Shown: positions 1 to 9,442 of the stretch, in pieces
Numbering within the stretch: position 1 is the first letter of the stretch
How the letters are laid out: each line of letters starts with the position of its first letter
Assembly (NCBI GenBank): GCA_964532635.1
Contig: CAZHIK010000005.1
Coordinates: forward strand, 1 to 32,234
Direction: 5' to 3'
Source of the DNA: an uncultured Enterobacterales bacterium
GTDB taxonomy: Bacteria; Myxococcota_A; UBA796; JAFGLY01
DNA length: 32,234 nucleotides
Position numbers and translations under genes: made by a program
The notes under the pieces: model-generated
Told to the model about the DNA's origin: nothing
What the model saw: the letters and a program-made list of their open reading frames with translations, nothing else
Database searches by the model: none

Positions 1-59
1 GACTGGCCCTGCGATCACGCAACCAGGTGGATCCGTTCCTGGCCGGCGGGAGCAGACCG

Positions 60-1229
60 ATGCCCACATTTACCCGACAACAGCTCTACGAGGCCATCTG
101 GTCTCGACCGTTGAACGCTGTCTGCAGCGAGCACGGGGTCCACTACGGCGCGATCGTGCAAGCCTGCCAACAGATGCAGATCCCAAGGCCTCCCCCGGGG
201 TACTGGCGCCGGAGGGACGTCGCCGCTGGACCTGTCCCTGCGCCCCCACTCCCCGTCATCGAGGGCGTACCCGGCGAGGTCGAGCTCCGCTTACGCGTCG
301 CCAGACCAAAGCAGCCCGCCGCGACCGTGCCAGGCAAGGGGTCGGAGAGCGGCCCATCGAATCCGATCCTCGCAACCACCAGGTCGGTTCTGTCCAAGGC
401 CAGGGTGGATGATCGTGGTCTGCTGATCCGCCCTTGGAGACGGAAGATCCTGGCCATCCGCGTCTCTCCCTCGCAGCTCGATCGCGCGCTGGACATCTTC
501 GCGACGGTGCTGAGCTGCATCGCGAGTGTCAGGGGCAAGCTGGAGGTGAGCAGGAAGAGCAAGGACCACGCCTTCGAGACCTGGATCGAGGTCAACGGAG
601 AGCGATTCGGTGTCGAGCTGGTCGAGCGGCTCCGGGTCACCGAGCGGCAGCGGACCAAGACCGAGAGCCGCCTTCGGTCGCTCTGGAGCAACGATCCGGT
701 CAAGGCCTTCACGCCAACAGGCCGCCTGATGCTCAAGCTGGTGGGGCTCGAGGGCATGGGAACGCGTCAGCGCTGGGAAGACACGCCCAGCTGCCCCCTG
801 GAGCAAAAGCTCTCGGGCTTCTCCACCGGCTTGCTCGTGGCGGCCGAAGCACTCCGCACCAAGCGTGAGAAACACGAGCGCCAGCGCCGCGAGCTCAACG
901 AGCGCAGGCGAAGAGCTGAGGCAGCGCACCAGGAACGCCTACGGCAGGACGCGCTCGTCCTGCAGGTGCTGCAGATGCAGCGTCAGTGGAGGGCAGCAAG
1001 GGAGCTGCGCGCCTTCCTCGACGAGGTCGAGCATGTGGTCCCGGAGGAGATGCGCGACGAGGCTCTCGATGAGGCTCTCGCCCTTATCCGGCTGCACATC
1101 GAGCAGATTGATCCCCTGACCAGTGCAGAGAAGGCCCTGGAGATGCTGACCCAGCCCGACGAGAAGGAATGGACCCAGGAGATCGGGCTGGGGGTGGTGC
1201 GGCCGGTGCGGGCGCCCAGCTACCGATGA
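60..1229 (+). CDS. Hypothetical protein with a conserved-looking N-terminal module and an Arg/Glu-rich coiled-coil C-terminus
   Basis: Long ORF with normal amino-acid composition; overlapping frames are Arg/Gly/Pro junk. The track start at 27 is GTG, and the first ATG is at 60 (MPTFTRQQLYEAIWSRPL...IPRPPPGYWRR). The C-terminal third (KREKHERQRRELNERRRRAEAAHQERLRQ...) looks like coiled coil. No catalytic motif recognised. Confidence 0.55.
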   Translation: MPTFTRQQLYEAIWSRPLNAVCSEHGVHYGAIVQACQQMQIPRPPPGYWRRRDVAAGPVPAPPLPVIEGVPGEVELRLRVARPKQPAATVPGKGSESGPSNPILATTRSVLSKARVDDRGLLIRPWRRKILAIRVSPSQLDRALDIFATVLSCIASVRGKLEVSRKSKDHAFETWIEVNGERFGVELVERLRVTERQRTKTESRLRSLWSNDPVKAFTPTGRLMLKLVGLEGMGTRQRWEDTPSCPLEQKLSGFSTGLLVAAEALRTKREKHERQRRELNERRRRAEAAHQERLRQDALVLQVLQMQRQWRAARELRAFLDEVEHVVPEEMRDEALDEALALIRLHIEQIDPLTSAEKALEMLTQPDEKEWTQEIGLGVVRPVRAPSYR

Positions 1230-1260
1230 AGGACGGCCTGCACGGCATCCGCCGTCCTGC

Positions 1261-1290
1261 TTGGTCCCGCTCCCCGCCAAGGTCTATACT
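1261..1290 (+). promoter_or_regulatory. Putative sigma70-like promoter for the HNH gene, possibly giving a leaderless mRNA
   Basis: TTGGTC (1261-1266), 18-nt spacer, TATACT (1285-1290). The GTG start at 1296 lies only 5 nt after the -10 hexamer. AT-rich hexamers are rare in this GC-rich DNA. Confidence 0.35.
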
Positions 1291-1295
1291 CGCCC

Positions 1296-2213
1296 GTGTC
1301 CCTCGACTCCGCCATCGAGAAGCTCTACCACCTGAATCCCAACGTCGTGGGCCGGGGCGAGGATCGCCACGAGAGCCCCCACAAGCCCGTGATGCTGCTC
1401 GCAGTCTTGGAGCTCATGGACAAGGGGGCGGACACCCGTCGCGTGGCATGGTCCGAGGACCTCCGCGCCGCCTTCAAGCGCATCTTCCAGGTGGTGAAGA
1501 CGGGCAAGGACACGTGCTCGCCGGAGCTACCGTTCTACCACCTCCGCAGCACGGACTTCTGGTCCCCAGTGCTCATCAGTGACGGGACAACGCAGTCGCT
1601 CCGGAACACCCCCAGGGTCATGGACATCGGCGAGGCGTTCGCTGACCTGTCCTCCGAATTCGCAACCCTACTCGCGGATCGACACAACCGGCGAAGCCTT
1701 CGGGATGCCCTGATCGATCGCTACTTCTCGGAGCACCGCGAGGCATTGCTCGGGCCAGCCATGCATCCGCCTTGCGCCGCCGATGAGCCAGCGCTGTACG
1801 GAACACCCCAGCAAGGTCGGAGCGCAGCTTTCCGCAAGATCGTCATCGAGATCTACGGCTTCCGCTGCGCGGCCTGCGGCTTGGAGCTGGGCACCGGCTC
1901 CCTACCCTTGGGCCTGGTGGAGGCTGCTCACCTCGTGCCCTTCTCGGTGAGCCGAAACGACCACCCCACCAACGGTATGGCCCTCTGCAAGAACCACCAC
2001 TGGGCCATGGACAGCCATCTCATCGCCCCGAGTCCAGAAGGCATCTGGCGTCGGTCACGCAGGCTGATCCCACACCGCTCCCGTGGCGAGCAGGAGCTTG
2101 CCGAGCTGGAGGGTCGTCAGGTCATCCCTCCCGTGGAGCAGGCCTTCCGGCCGGCCAGGCGAGGGCTGGAGTGGCGCTGCGCGAAGATGGAGGAACAGGA
2201 CGCAGCGGCGTAG
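1296..2213 (+). CDS. HNH endonuclease (HNH_2-type) with an N-terminal DNA-reader-like domain; type IV (modification-dependent) restriction-like
   Basis: C-terminal motif FRCAACGLELG...LVEAAHLVPFSVSRNDHPTNGMALCKNHHWAMDSHLIA fits the HNH_2 pattern (C-x2-C ... AaH ... NG..LC..HH..fD). The N-terminal 'HESPHKPVMLLAVLEL ... LPFYHLRSTDFW' is the kind of module commonly fused to such nucleases. Confidence 0.75.
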   Translation: MSLDSAIEKLYHLNPNVVGRGEDRHESPHKPVMLLAVLELMDKGADTRRVAWSEDLRAAFKRIFQVVKTGKDTCSPELPFYHLRSTDFWSPVLISDGTTQSLRNTPRVMDIGEAFADLSSEFATLLADRHNRRSLRDALIDRYFSEHREALLGPAMHPPCAADEPALYGTPQQGRSAAFRKIVIEIYGFRCAACGLELGTGSLPLGLVEAAHLVPFSVSRNDHPTNGMALCKNHHWAMDSHLIAPSPEGIWRRSRRLIPHRSRGEQELAELEGRQVIPPVEQAFRPARRGLEWRCAKMEEQDAAA

Positions 2214-2270
2214 GAGATCGGGAACCTCAACCCGCCAAGCGGGCCCGCCTTCTACGGCTCATCCGGTGGT

Positions 2271-3473
2271 TTATCGCTCACCAAGATCCTGGAGAAGCAC
2301 CGTCAACAGGCTCTCCTCTTCGACCCGAAGCTGCCGTTCCATGGCCACACGCAACGCCGGATCCCACGGCGTCTCCGGCAACGCCTTCGGCAGCTCCACA
2401 TCCACCGGAGCCCCCACCCCGTAGGTCTCGGCATCGAACCGCCAGACTTCCCCCCCTGTGCGCTCGAGAACGTCCCGAACAATCTCCACCCCGACCTTGT
2501 CGAAGTCTGCGCGCACGCGCACCGGCCCGGGGCACCGTGCCATGAGCCGCCAAAATGCGGTGCCAGGCCGCCCTTCCGTCGCCACCAGCGGTAGGCAGCT
2601 CGCGCCGAGGCGCTCCGCAGCGATCCGCAGGATCGCCGGGTTCTCGCAGACGTAGACCGGCCCCGGCGCAAGCACGGGCGGATGGCGCATCAGCTGATGC
2701 AGCGTCACTCGGAGCGGCAGGCCGTGTGAGGCCCCCTCTGCCAGCAGTCGGTCCAACACGCCATCTCCGACCGCCGGCAGGTTCAACACGAGCACCTGGG
2801 CGGCCAGGTCATCGGGCACGACCCCGAACCGCTCCCAGAGAGCGCGCCGCGTGTCCGCACCGTCCGGGACTGGCACGCCCGCTCTGAGCGCGAGGGCCTT
2901 GAGGACGAGCCGCTCCAGTGGCGTGTCGTCGAGCACCTTGGTGTTCCCAAGGCAGTCGCTGGCGAACACGGCGATGGGCACGTCTTGAGCTGGCAGCTGC
3001 TCGAGGATTTGCACCGCAAGCTGGAGCCGCTCCAGCGCCCCTTCCCCCTCCATCCGGGTCAGCGCCGCGCCTTGAAGTCCATCGAGCCACAACTCGAAGA
3101 ACGACTCTCCGGCCAGGACACTCCTGCGCGCGCCAGAGACGGCTGCCTGGATGGCAGCCTCCCGCACCCGCTGCTCGGCAGGCTTGTCGCGCAGTGGGCC
3201 ACCCAGCCGTTCGAGCCAGTGGACGAGTCCATGCCCTGTGGCCTCGCGGAGAGCGGAATCGACGTCTTCGAAGCCCACGGTGATCGTGGCGCCACCGAAG
3301 CGCTTGCCCAGCAGGCCACCGATCGCGTCTCGCTCGACATCGCTCGGCTGGCGCAGTGACGTGCGCGCGGATGACAGAGCTTCGGGCTCCCGCTCGAGAC
3401 GGGCCCTGGTATTCTTCCACAGCCTCGCGAAGCCGGGGCCCCGCAGGTGATCGAGCTGCACCCGCTGTTTCAT
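2271..3473 (-). CDS. jetD: Wadjet JetD (TIGR02679 family; DUF3323 N-terminus plus DUF2399/Toprim-like C-terminus)
   Basis: The N-terminus (LRGPGFARLWKNTRARLERE...ERDAIGGLLGKRFGG...) matches the TIGR02679 pattern as I recall it. The C-terminus has Toprim-like VYVCENPAIL ... VRADFD. Its ATG overlaps the jetC stop (ATGA at 3470-3473). Confidence 0.85.
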   Translation of the reverse strand: MKQRVQLDHLRGPGFARLWKNTRARLEREPEALSSARTSLRQPSDVERDAIGGLLGKRFGGATITVGFEDVDSALREATGHGLVHWLERLGGPLRDKPAEQRVREAAIQAAVSGARRSVLAGESFFELWLDGLQGAALTRMEGEGALERLQLAVQILEQLPAQDVPIAVFASDCLGNTKVLDDTPLERLVLKALALRAGVPVPDGADTRRALWERFGVVPDDLAAQVLVLNLPAVGDGVLDRLLAEGASHGLPLRVTLHQLMRHPPVLAPGPVYVCENPAILRIAAERLGASCLPLVATEGRPGTAFWRLMARCPGPVRVRADFDKVGVEIVRDVLERTGGEVWRFDAETYGVGAPVDVELPKALPETPWDPALRVAMERQLRVEEESLLTVLLQDLGER

Positions 3474-6400
3474 GATGGCGCGTTCCAGGGGTCGGCGTCG
3501 CGGCCTTCGATGGTCTCGTGGCCGTTCCAGAGGATGGGCCAGGCGCTCACCGCCCGGGTCACGGGGTCGTGGACGAGGTCGTAGTGCATGACTGCGGGCA
3601 GGAAGGGCTCGGTCACCCAGAGGTCGTAGCCCGTGAGGAAGAAGTCCAGGTCGAACTCGTGAGCCAGGCGCAGCAGCTCCGGCACGCCAGTGTCGTCGAT
3701 GCCGGCGAAGGCCTCGTCCATGGCCACCAGCCGTGGACAGTCTTGGCGCGCCGCCTGGAAGTGGGCATGAGCGGCCGCGAAGAGCGGAAGGTGCAGGGTC
3801 GCAGCCTTCTCACCACCCGACAGGCGGCTGTGGCGGCTCTTGGACAGCCGGTGGCTGCTGCCATCCGGCTCGTAGAGGGTGAGCTCGAAGCGGTGCCATC
3901 GCCGGTAGTTCAGGGCATCGACCAGGATCTCGAGGTACTCGCGGTCCGGACGCTCCTGGCGCGCCGCCTGGACCTCGTCCGACAGGAGCTGTCGGATTCG
4001 CTGCAGCCGTTCCGGCCCAAGGAGCTTGGGCTCGACCTGCAGCAGCTGGAGCAGCTCCTTGCGCTCGGCCGGGGCGTCCGGGACCGGGCGCCACGCGATG
4101 CCCAGGGACTTCCGGCTCGCGAGCCGGCGTGCGCGCATGGCGCGGTCCATGGCCTGGACCAGGTTCCGGGTTTCGTCGATGCGCTCACGCATCTGGCCGC
4201 AGAGGTTGCCGAGCAGCTGGTCCTCGAAGAGCTTCTGTTCCTCCTGGTCCAGCAGCGCCTTGGCCAGCCGCAGACGATCCCCTAGCCGCCCACCGAAGGT
4301 GGACAGGCCATGCGCGCCCATCTCGTCCCGGACCTGGACGAGCGTGATGCCGTCGTCGGTCCAGCGCAACGAGTGGAACTTGCTGCCCAGCTTCTGGTCC
4401 AGCGACTCGAGGCGCTTGGCCAAGCGCGTCTCGGTGGACTTCATGTGTTCGTCCGAGAACGAGGCCCCCCGGACCGCTGCCGCCAGCCTCGCCGAGAAGT
4501 CTGCGTCGTCCTCGGCGACCTGGAGCGCGACCTGGACGTCCATCTGCTCGAAGGGGCGCAGCGCCGCTTCGGCCAGCTCGAGATCCTGCTGCTGTTGAGG
4601 GAGCTGCCTCTCGAGCACATTCTTCTCGCCGACAAAGCTCGCCTTCGCGGTCTCGGCGTCGATGCGGTCCTGGCTGGCCTCTTCGAGTGACTGCTTCTCT
4701 TGCCGCAGGCGGCCCTCGAGGGCCTCGATCTTGGCCAGGATCTGCTTGATCTCTTCGCCAAGGGTGGCTTCGATGGCCTCGAGCCTAGCCTTGCGCTTCG
4801 CGTGCTCGGCGGAGGCAACCGCCAGATCTCGCTGCGCGTCCCGCACCACCTCGTCTGCCTCGTCGCGACGAATGACAGCGTCATCGCGACTGGTCGAGTG
4901 CAGCTCCACCATCTCCGTGGCACGCAGGTAGTTCCCAAGGGCCGAGTGAGCGTCTTCGAGATGCTGCCGACGAGCACGCAGCGCCTCGGGGTCGTCGGGC
5001 ATCCCGTGTTCCGATGCCGACCGGCGCACAGCGTGGCGGGCTTGATCGCGCTCGCGCGCAGCGCGGTCCCGCTTCCCTGACGCAGCGTCCTTGTCGGCCT
5101 GTGCCCGCGAGCGAAGCGTTTCGGCCTGCAGCAGCTCCGTCCTCGCCCTGCGGGCGGGCTTGGCGGATGGAAGGGCCCGCGGGAGCTGCTCGAGCTGCGC
5201 GATGTCGGATGCGACGGAGGCGGCCTCGGCCTTCAGGCTCGCCAGTTCGGTGCCCAGGCGCTCACTCTCACGCTCGAGGTGTGCGATGCGCTCTGCCCGA
5301 TGACGCTCTCGGGCGGTGGCGCCGACGTAGCGCGCCCGTGCGGGCTGGTGGTGGCCCACGAGGGGACCGAGAGCGAAGAAGCCATCGGCTCCGACACCGA
5401 CCTGCGCCTTCCCGAGCGCGATGGAAGCGAGGATCGACTCGATCTGCGCCGCAGGAACACCAGGGGCTGGCTCGGGCTCCAGGACGGCAAGCAAGGATGG
5501 GCCATCCACGGGCCCGAGCGGACGCAGCCAGCTGTCCTCCCCGGAGAACCCATCGGCAGGCTCCGGCTCCTCCGGCGACACCCAGGCGTCCAGCAATCCC
5601 GATGCCAGCAGGGCGCCTTCGAGCCCCGCTTGTTCCTGGTCGGACAGGTCGTCACGGAAACGCACCAGACGCCACAGGGGCCCGCCCTCACGGCCCTCAC
5701 GGCTCGCCCCGCGCGTGGCGGGAGCTGGTGGGGCATCCTGGCGCTCTGCTCGAATCTCCTCGATCTCGTCCGAGCACCGTTCGATCGCGGCCTCGGCCTC
5801 CTCAGCGGCCCGGAGGAGCTCATCCCGTCGCGCGATCCACCGATCGCGCAGCGGCCGCAGTCCCGTTCGCACGTGGTCGACGAGGTCTGCAGAAGCACCC
5901 AGCTCGGGGACCAATGCCAGCAAGGGCTGGAGTTCCAACATCGCCGCAGCGTCAGCGGGAAGATCCTCGTGCCAGATCCTCAACCCTGACTCGGCCTCGG
6001 ACAGCCTCGAGGCCAGCTGTTCCTGGGCACCGCTGAGTCGCTGTTCTGCCTGTTCCAGGTCCGCGATGCCCTTCTGCAGTGCTCTCTCCGCCCTGCTCAG
6101 CGCACCTATGGCTTTCTCGAGCCGTACCACCTCTTCGAGCACCGCATCGGCGCCCGTGGTTCGCACGATGAGATCGGCCTCCAAAGCAGCGGGGTCGACA
6201 TCGCGCTCGGAGGGTAGCTCGACCAGCCGAAGCAGCGCCCGCAGCTCGCCCTGGCGCTCCTGGAGCTGCTCGTTCGCGCCATTCAGGTTCTTCTCGGCGC
6301 TCTCGAGCCCTTCCGTGGCCCTCGAGAGACGGCCCGCGGCAGCAGCGGCAGCAGCGGCAGTACGATCCCTCGCCACGGCTGCCACCCGCGCCGCATCGCG

Positions 6401-7396
6401 GGCATCCTCGAGCTGGTGCTGGTTGCGGTACGCGCTCGATCGCTTGAGCCCCTCGATGGACGCACCCAGGGTCTCGATCTCCGCCTGGTGCGCTTGCTCC
6501 CGGCGCTCCGCCGCACTGGCCTGGCGCGCCTTGCGCTCGATGTGGAGCTGTTTCTCGGCGATGCCATGCTCGGTTCGCCTGACGCGGTCCTGCATCTCCT
6601 CCACCCGAGCGACCCGCTTGGCGGCTCGGGCGCGCAGGTAGGTGCGCCAGTGGACGAGCAGCTCCTCAACCGCCTGGTGTGCCCGCTCCATCTCGCTCAA
6701 GTCTCGCTGGGCGGACTCGAGATTGTCGAAGGCCTGCGCGCTGGTGCGGAGCAGATCCTCGTCGACGGTCCGAAGCCCATCCGAGAGAACATCCGAGAGC
6801 GCGTCGGGATCGAGATCCTTGGCGAGCTGCGGCCGGCGGAGCGTGAGCACCAGCTCGAGCATGGCCTCGAAGCGATCAGGTCCGAGCCCGAAAAGGCGCT
6901 GGTCTACGGCCCGCTGGTGGTCGCTGCGGCGGTCGAAGACCCTGGCGGTACCAAGTTGACCGCGAAGCTCGCGGCGCCCCAGGGGCACCCTGTTGTCGGA
7001 CAGCAGGTGGATGTCCTCGCCCACCACGCCATCGGCCACGAAGAACCAGGTGGTCGCGCCGGTGCCCCGCTCCTGGGCCCGCATCCCCACGCCCACGGTG
7101 ACGGTCTCGTCTCCCTTGGCCAGCTCGAGCCAGCAGTAGCCATGCCCGACCTTCTGGTCGCCATAGAGCAGGTTGCTCCGCATGGTGCGCTGCTTGCTCG
7201 AGAACGGATCGAGCCGCCGGGCGTCGATGCTGCCGTCGAACACAAAGGGCACCAGGACCTCGAGCGCCTTGGTCTTGCCCGAGCCGTTTGCGCCCCTGAG
7301 CACAAGCCGCCCGCCGGCAAACCGGAAGATCTGCTCGTTGTAGTCCCAGATGCCGATGATGCCCGCACGGACCGGCTCGAACCTGTCAACTCCCAC
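3470..7396 (-). CDS. jetC: Wadjet JetC, SMC/MukB-like ABC ATPase (TIGR02680 family)
   Basis: 1308 aa. Walker A is LRGANGSGKTKALE near the N-terminus, followed by a very long Ala/Glu/Arg coiled coil. The C-terminus has the ABC signature LSGGEKAA and Walker B RLVAMDEAFAGID. The GTG start overlaps the jetB end by 11 nt. Confidence 0.9.
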   Translation of the reverse strand: MGVDRFEPVRAGIIGIWDYNEQIFRFAGGRLVLRGANGSGKTKALEVLVPFVFDGSIDARRLDPFSSKQRTMRSNLLYGDQKVGHGYCWLELAKGDETVTVGVGMRAQERGTGATTWFFVADGVVGEDIHLLSDNRVPLGRRELRGQLGTARVFDRRSDHQRAVDQRLFGLGPDRFEAMLELVLTLRRPQLAKDLDPDALSDVLSDGLRTVDEDLLRTSAQAFDNLESAQRDLSEMERAHQAVEELLVHWRTYLRARAAKRVARVEEMQDRVRRTEHGIAEKQLHIERKARQASAAERREQAHQAEIETLGASIEGLKRSSAYRNQHQLEDARDAARVAAVARDRTAAAAAAAAGRLSRATEGLESAEKNLNGANEQLQERQGELRALLRLVELPSERDVDPAALEADLIVRTTGADAVLEEVVRLEKAIGALSRAERALQKGIADLEQAEQRLSGAQEQLASRLSEAESGLRIWHEDLPADAAAMLELQPLLALVPELGASADLVDHVRTGLRPLRDRWIARRDELLRAAEEAEAAIERCSDEIEEIRAERQDAPPAPATRGASREGREGGPLWRLVRFRDDLSDQEQAGLEGALLASGLLDAWVSPEEPEPADGFSGEDSWLRPLGPVDGPSLLAVLEPEPAPGVPAAQIESILASIALGKAQVGVGADGFFALGPLVGHHQPARARYVGATARERHRAERIAHLERESERLGTELASLKAEAASVASDIAQLEQLPRALPSAKPARRARTELLQAETLRSRAQADKDAASGKRDRAARERDQARHAVRRSASEHGMPDDPEALRARRQHLEDAHSALGNYLRATEMVELHSTSRDDAVIRRDEADEVVRDAQRDLAVASAEHAKRKARLEAIEATLGEEIKQILAKIEALEGRLRQEKQSLEEASQDRIDAETAKASFVGEKNVLERQLPQQQQDLELAEAALRPFEQMDVQVALQVAEDDADFSARLAAAVRGASFSDEHMKSTETRLAKRLESLDQKLGSKFHSLRWTDDGITLVQVRDEMGAHGLSTFGGRLGDRLRLAKALLDQEEQKLFEDQLLGNLCGQMRERIDETRNLVQAMDRAMRARRLASRKSLGIAWRPVPDAPAERKELLQLLQVEPKLLGPERLQRIRQLLSDEVQAARQERPDREYLEILVDALNYRRWHRFELTLYEPDGSSHRLSKSRHSRLSGGEKAATLHLPLFAAAHAHFQAARQDCPRLVAMDEAFAGIDDTGVPELLRLAHEFDLDFFLTGYDLWVTEPFLPAVMHYDLVHDPVTRAVSAWPILWNGHETIEGRDADPWNAPS

Positions 7397-8705
7397 CGTT
7401 CCCTCCGAACAAGCTCAGCTGCGCCTCCAGCTCGTGGGACACCTCTACCCTCAGCTCGCGAAAGCGGGCCAGGGCTGGAAGAAGAGCGATGCCGCCGGGA
7501 ACCGTGCGCACGAGATCGAAGGACTCCAGCACCCCGATGGCGTCATCGAGAAAGACCATGGGATCTTCTCGGTGAGCCGCCTTGAGCGCAGGAGCGAGCG
7601 CCTCGCACAGCTCCTCGGCATGACGCTCCAGGCTCTGACGCTCCACCAGCAATGCTCGGGCTCCCACCCGCGGTGTCGCGCGGAATCCATCGGCATCGAG
7701 CGCGGCCGGCGCCGCTCCGTCCAGACTCACGGCGATGGCCTCGGCGCGCTCGGAGCCGTGGGGAGCGCGCAGCCGCGCGAGGCCTTCGACCTGTTCGCAG
7801 ATCCTCTCCGCGAGCAAGAGCGCTGCCTGCTGGTTCGCGCCTCCACGGGGGAACGCGATGTCCGAGAAGTGGCGTCCGGGATCCACCAGGGCCAGACCTT
7901 CCTTGCGCCGCTCCAAGGTCGCCCCGGTGAGCTCGTCGAGCTGCTCGGCCAGGCTCCCCGCCTCGCGATGCAGGAAGGCCAGATCCTCATCTGACAGCTC
8001 GTCGAAGTACATGACGGGCCGCTCGAGCAGGAGGCGCGCCAACCGCTGGCGACGGAGGCGCCGAGCCTCGTCCCGCCCGACCGCCGCGGGTTCCCGCACC
8101 AACAAGCCGGCCACACCACCGCAGCCCTGCAGTCCGCGCGGGAGCGGAAACAGCGCGCGACAGATCTCCCGATCGATGTCGTAGAGGGCCTCGGCCTCCT
8201 CGACCCCCTGCTCCCAGGCCTCGCGCGAGCCATCGGTCAGGCTCAACGCGCCATAGCGCTCGAGCTCCCGTACCGCGTGGCTCAACGCCAGCCGCGAAGC
8301 GTGGGCGTCGGTGTCGAAAGGCAGATCCGGGATCTGATCCACGGAGCGTCGAATGCGACGGGCGAGGTCCGTGAGCGTGGTCTGGCCACCCGACCGCTCC
8401 AGCGCCGCGAGCGTGAGCACGACCAGGGCGTAGCGCACCCGTTCGAAGGGGCGGCCACTCGGAGTGGAGAAGATGGGAACGACCTTCAGCTCGTCGGTCG
8501 CACGGACCAGACAGACTGCGCTGCGCCCACGCTCCACACGGTACCCAGCGAGCTCGAAGAAGGCTTGGTCGAGCGGCTCAGCGTACCGCCGCACGTTGCG
8601 CCACTGGGCCTCGCCGGGAACCCTGGCCGTGAGGATGCCCCTGACCAAGAGCGTCCTCGCGGCACGCTGGAAGTCACCCAGCTCCGTGTCCCGCACGCCT
8701 CTCAT
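7386..8705 (-). CDS. jetB: Wadjet JetB (TIGR02678 / DUF2398 family)
   Basis: Position between jetA and jetC. The ATG at 8705 (MRGVRDTELGDFQRAARTLLVRGIL...) overlaps the jetA stop (ATGA at 8702-8705). The track ORF's upstream extension to 8963 is out-of-frame overlap with jetA and is rejected. Confidence 0.8.
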   Translation of the reverse strand: MRGVRDTELGDFQRAARTLLVRGILTARVPGEAQWRNVRRYAEPLDQAFFELAGYRVERGRSAVCLVRATDELKVVPIFSTPSGRPFERVRYALVVLTLAALERSGGQTTLTDLARRIRRSVDQIPDLPFDTDAHASRLALSHAVRELERYGALSLTDGSREAWEQGVEEAEALYDIDREICRALFPLPRGLQGCGGVAGLLVREPAAVGRDEARRLRRQRLARLLLERPVMYFDELSDEDLAFLHREAGSLAEQLDELTGATLERRKEGLALVDPGRHFSDIAFPRGGANQQAALLLAERICEQVEGLARLRAPHGSERAEAIAVSLDGAAPAALDADGFRATPRVGARALLVERQSLERHAEELCEALAPALKAAHREDPMVFLDDAIGVLESFDLVRTVPGGIALLPALARFRELRVEVSHELEAQLSLFGGNGGS

Positions 8706-9439
8706 GGCGAAGCCTCCTGCCCCGCCTCGCTGGGCCTCGCGGTTCGGGGGGCTCCCGACTCGGTGACCTCGAGGTGATGCCCCTCGAGCAGCAGAGTGCC
8801 CCGCGTGGTTCGCACCAAGGTGTCCTGCTCCGCCGCTTCGATCCGCAGCCGCAGTCGGCCCCGGACCGTCTGGATGGTCGTCTGTGCAGGGCGGCGGGTG
8901 GTCAGAGCCCGGGAGAGCAGGCGCAGCAACACGCGCAACTCCCGCTCGTCGAGCGGTCGACACTGGGTCATCGAAGCCAACAGCGCGCGGCTCGCCTCAT
9001 CCTCTTTGCGGCGGCGGTCCTCCTGGCGGCGCCGAAGGAAGGTCTTCTCCTTGCGCCGATCCGGGACCGCCTTGGGTGTGCCGGGCGAAGCCGTGCGGCC
9101 GTAGTGGCGCAAGGTCGTGTCCACTGGTGCCGGCGGCGCACTCCACCAGCTCTCGCTGGGATCGATCTCGTCAGGCTCGAGGTCCGGCGTACCGAAGTGA
9201 CGCGCTCCCTGCAGGCCCGAGACCAGTCCCACGAGCGCATGGGCCTCGTCGTCTGTCGGACACGCCGCGATCCACCGCGCCAGATCCTCGAGCTGCGTGG
9301 CCCTGCTGACACCCCCAGCGGTCGCCTCCAGCACGCGCTTCAGCAGCACCGCCAAGTCCCGGATCGCCCTGTTGGTTCGTGCCTGGAGCAGGGTCGCTTG
9401 AGACGGCTGGTGAGGCTGATCGACGAACCAGGCCCGCAC
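8702..9439 (-). CDS. jetA: Wadjet JetA, C-terminal half (TIGR02677/DUF2397 family). Same reading frame as the N-terminal half and separated from it by one in-frame TAA.
   Basis: The frame is identical to ORF 9443..10198 (the offset of 759 nt is a multiple of 3). Only the codons TAA-GGG separate the two ORFs. The two pieces add up to about 498 aa, the usual full length of this family. Confidence 0.75.
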   Translation of the reverse strand: MRAWFVDQPHQPSQATLLQARTNRAIRDLAVLLKRVLEATAGGVSRATQLEDLARWIAACPTDDEAHALVGLVSGLQGARHFGTPDLEPDEIDPSESWWSAPPAPVDTTLRHYGRTASPGTPKAVPDRRKEKTFLRRRQEDRRRKEDEASRALLASMTQCRPLDERELRVLLRLLSRALTTRRPAQTTIQTVRGRLRLRIEAAEQDTLVRTTRGTLLLEGHHLEVTESGAPRTARPSEAGQEASP

Positions 9440-9442
9440 CCC

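Noticed and set aside
8706-8963. N-terminal extensions of track ORFs: jetB to 8963, fmt to 24065, lipase to 29385, VWA gene from 12445, int from 18170
   Set aside because: Each extension runs out of frame through the neighbouring gene. Family-typical N-termini begin at internal ATGs that show stop/start coupling with the upstream gene: 8705, 23834, 28482, 13021 and 18368.
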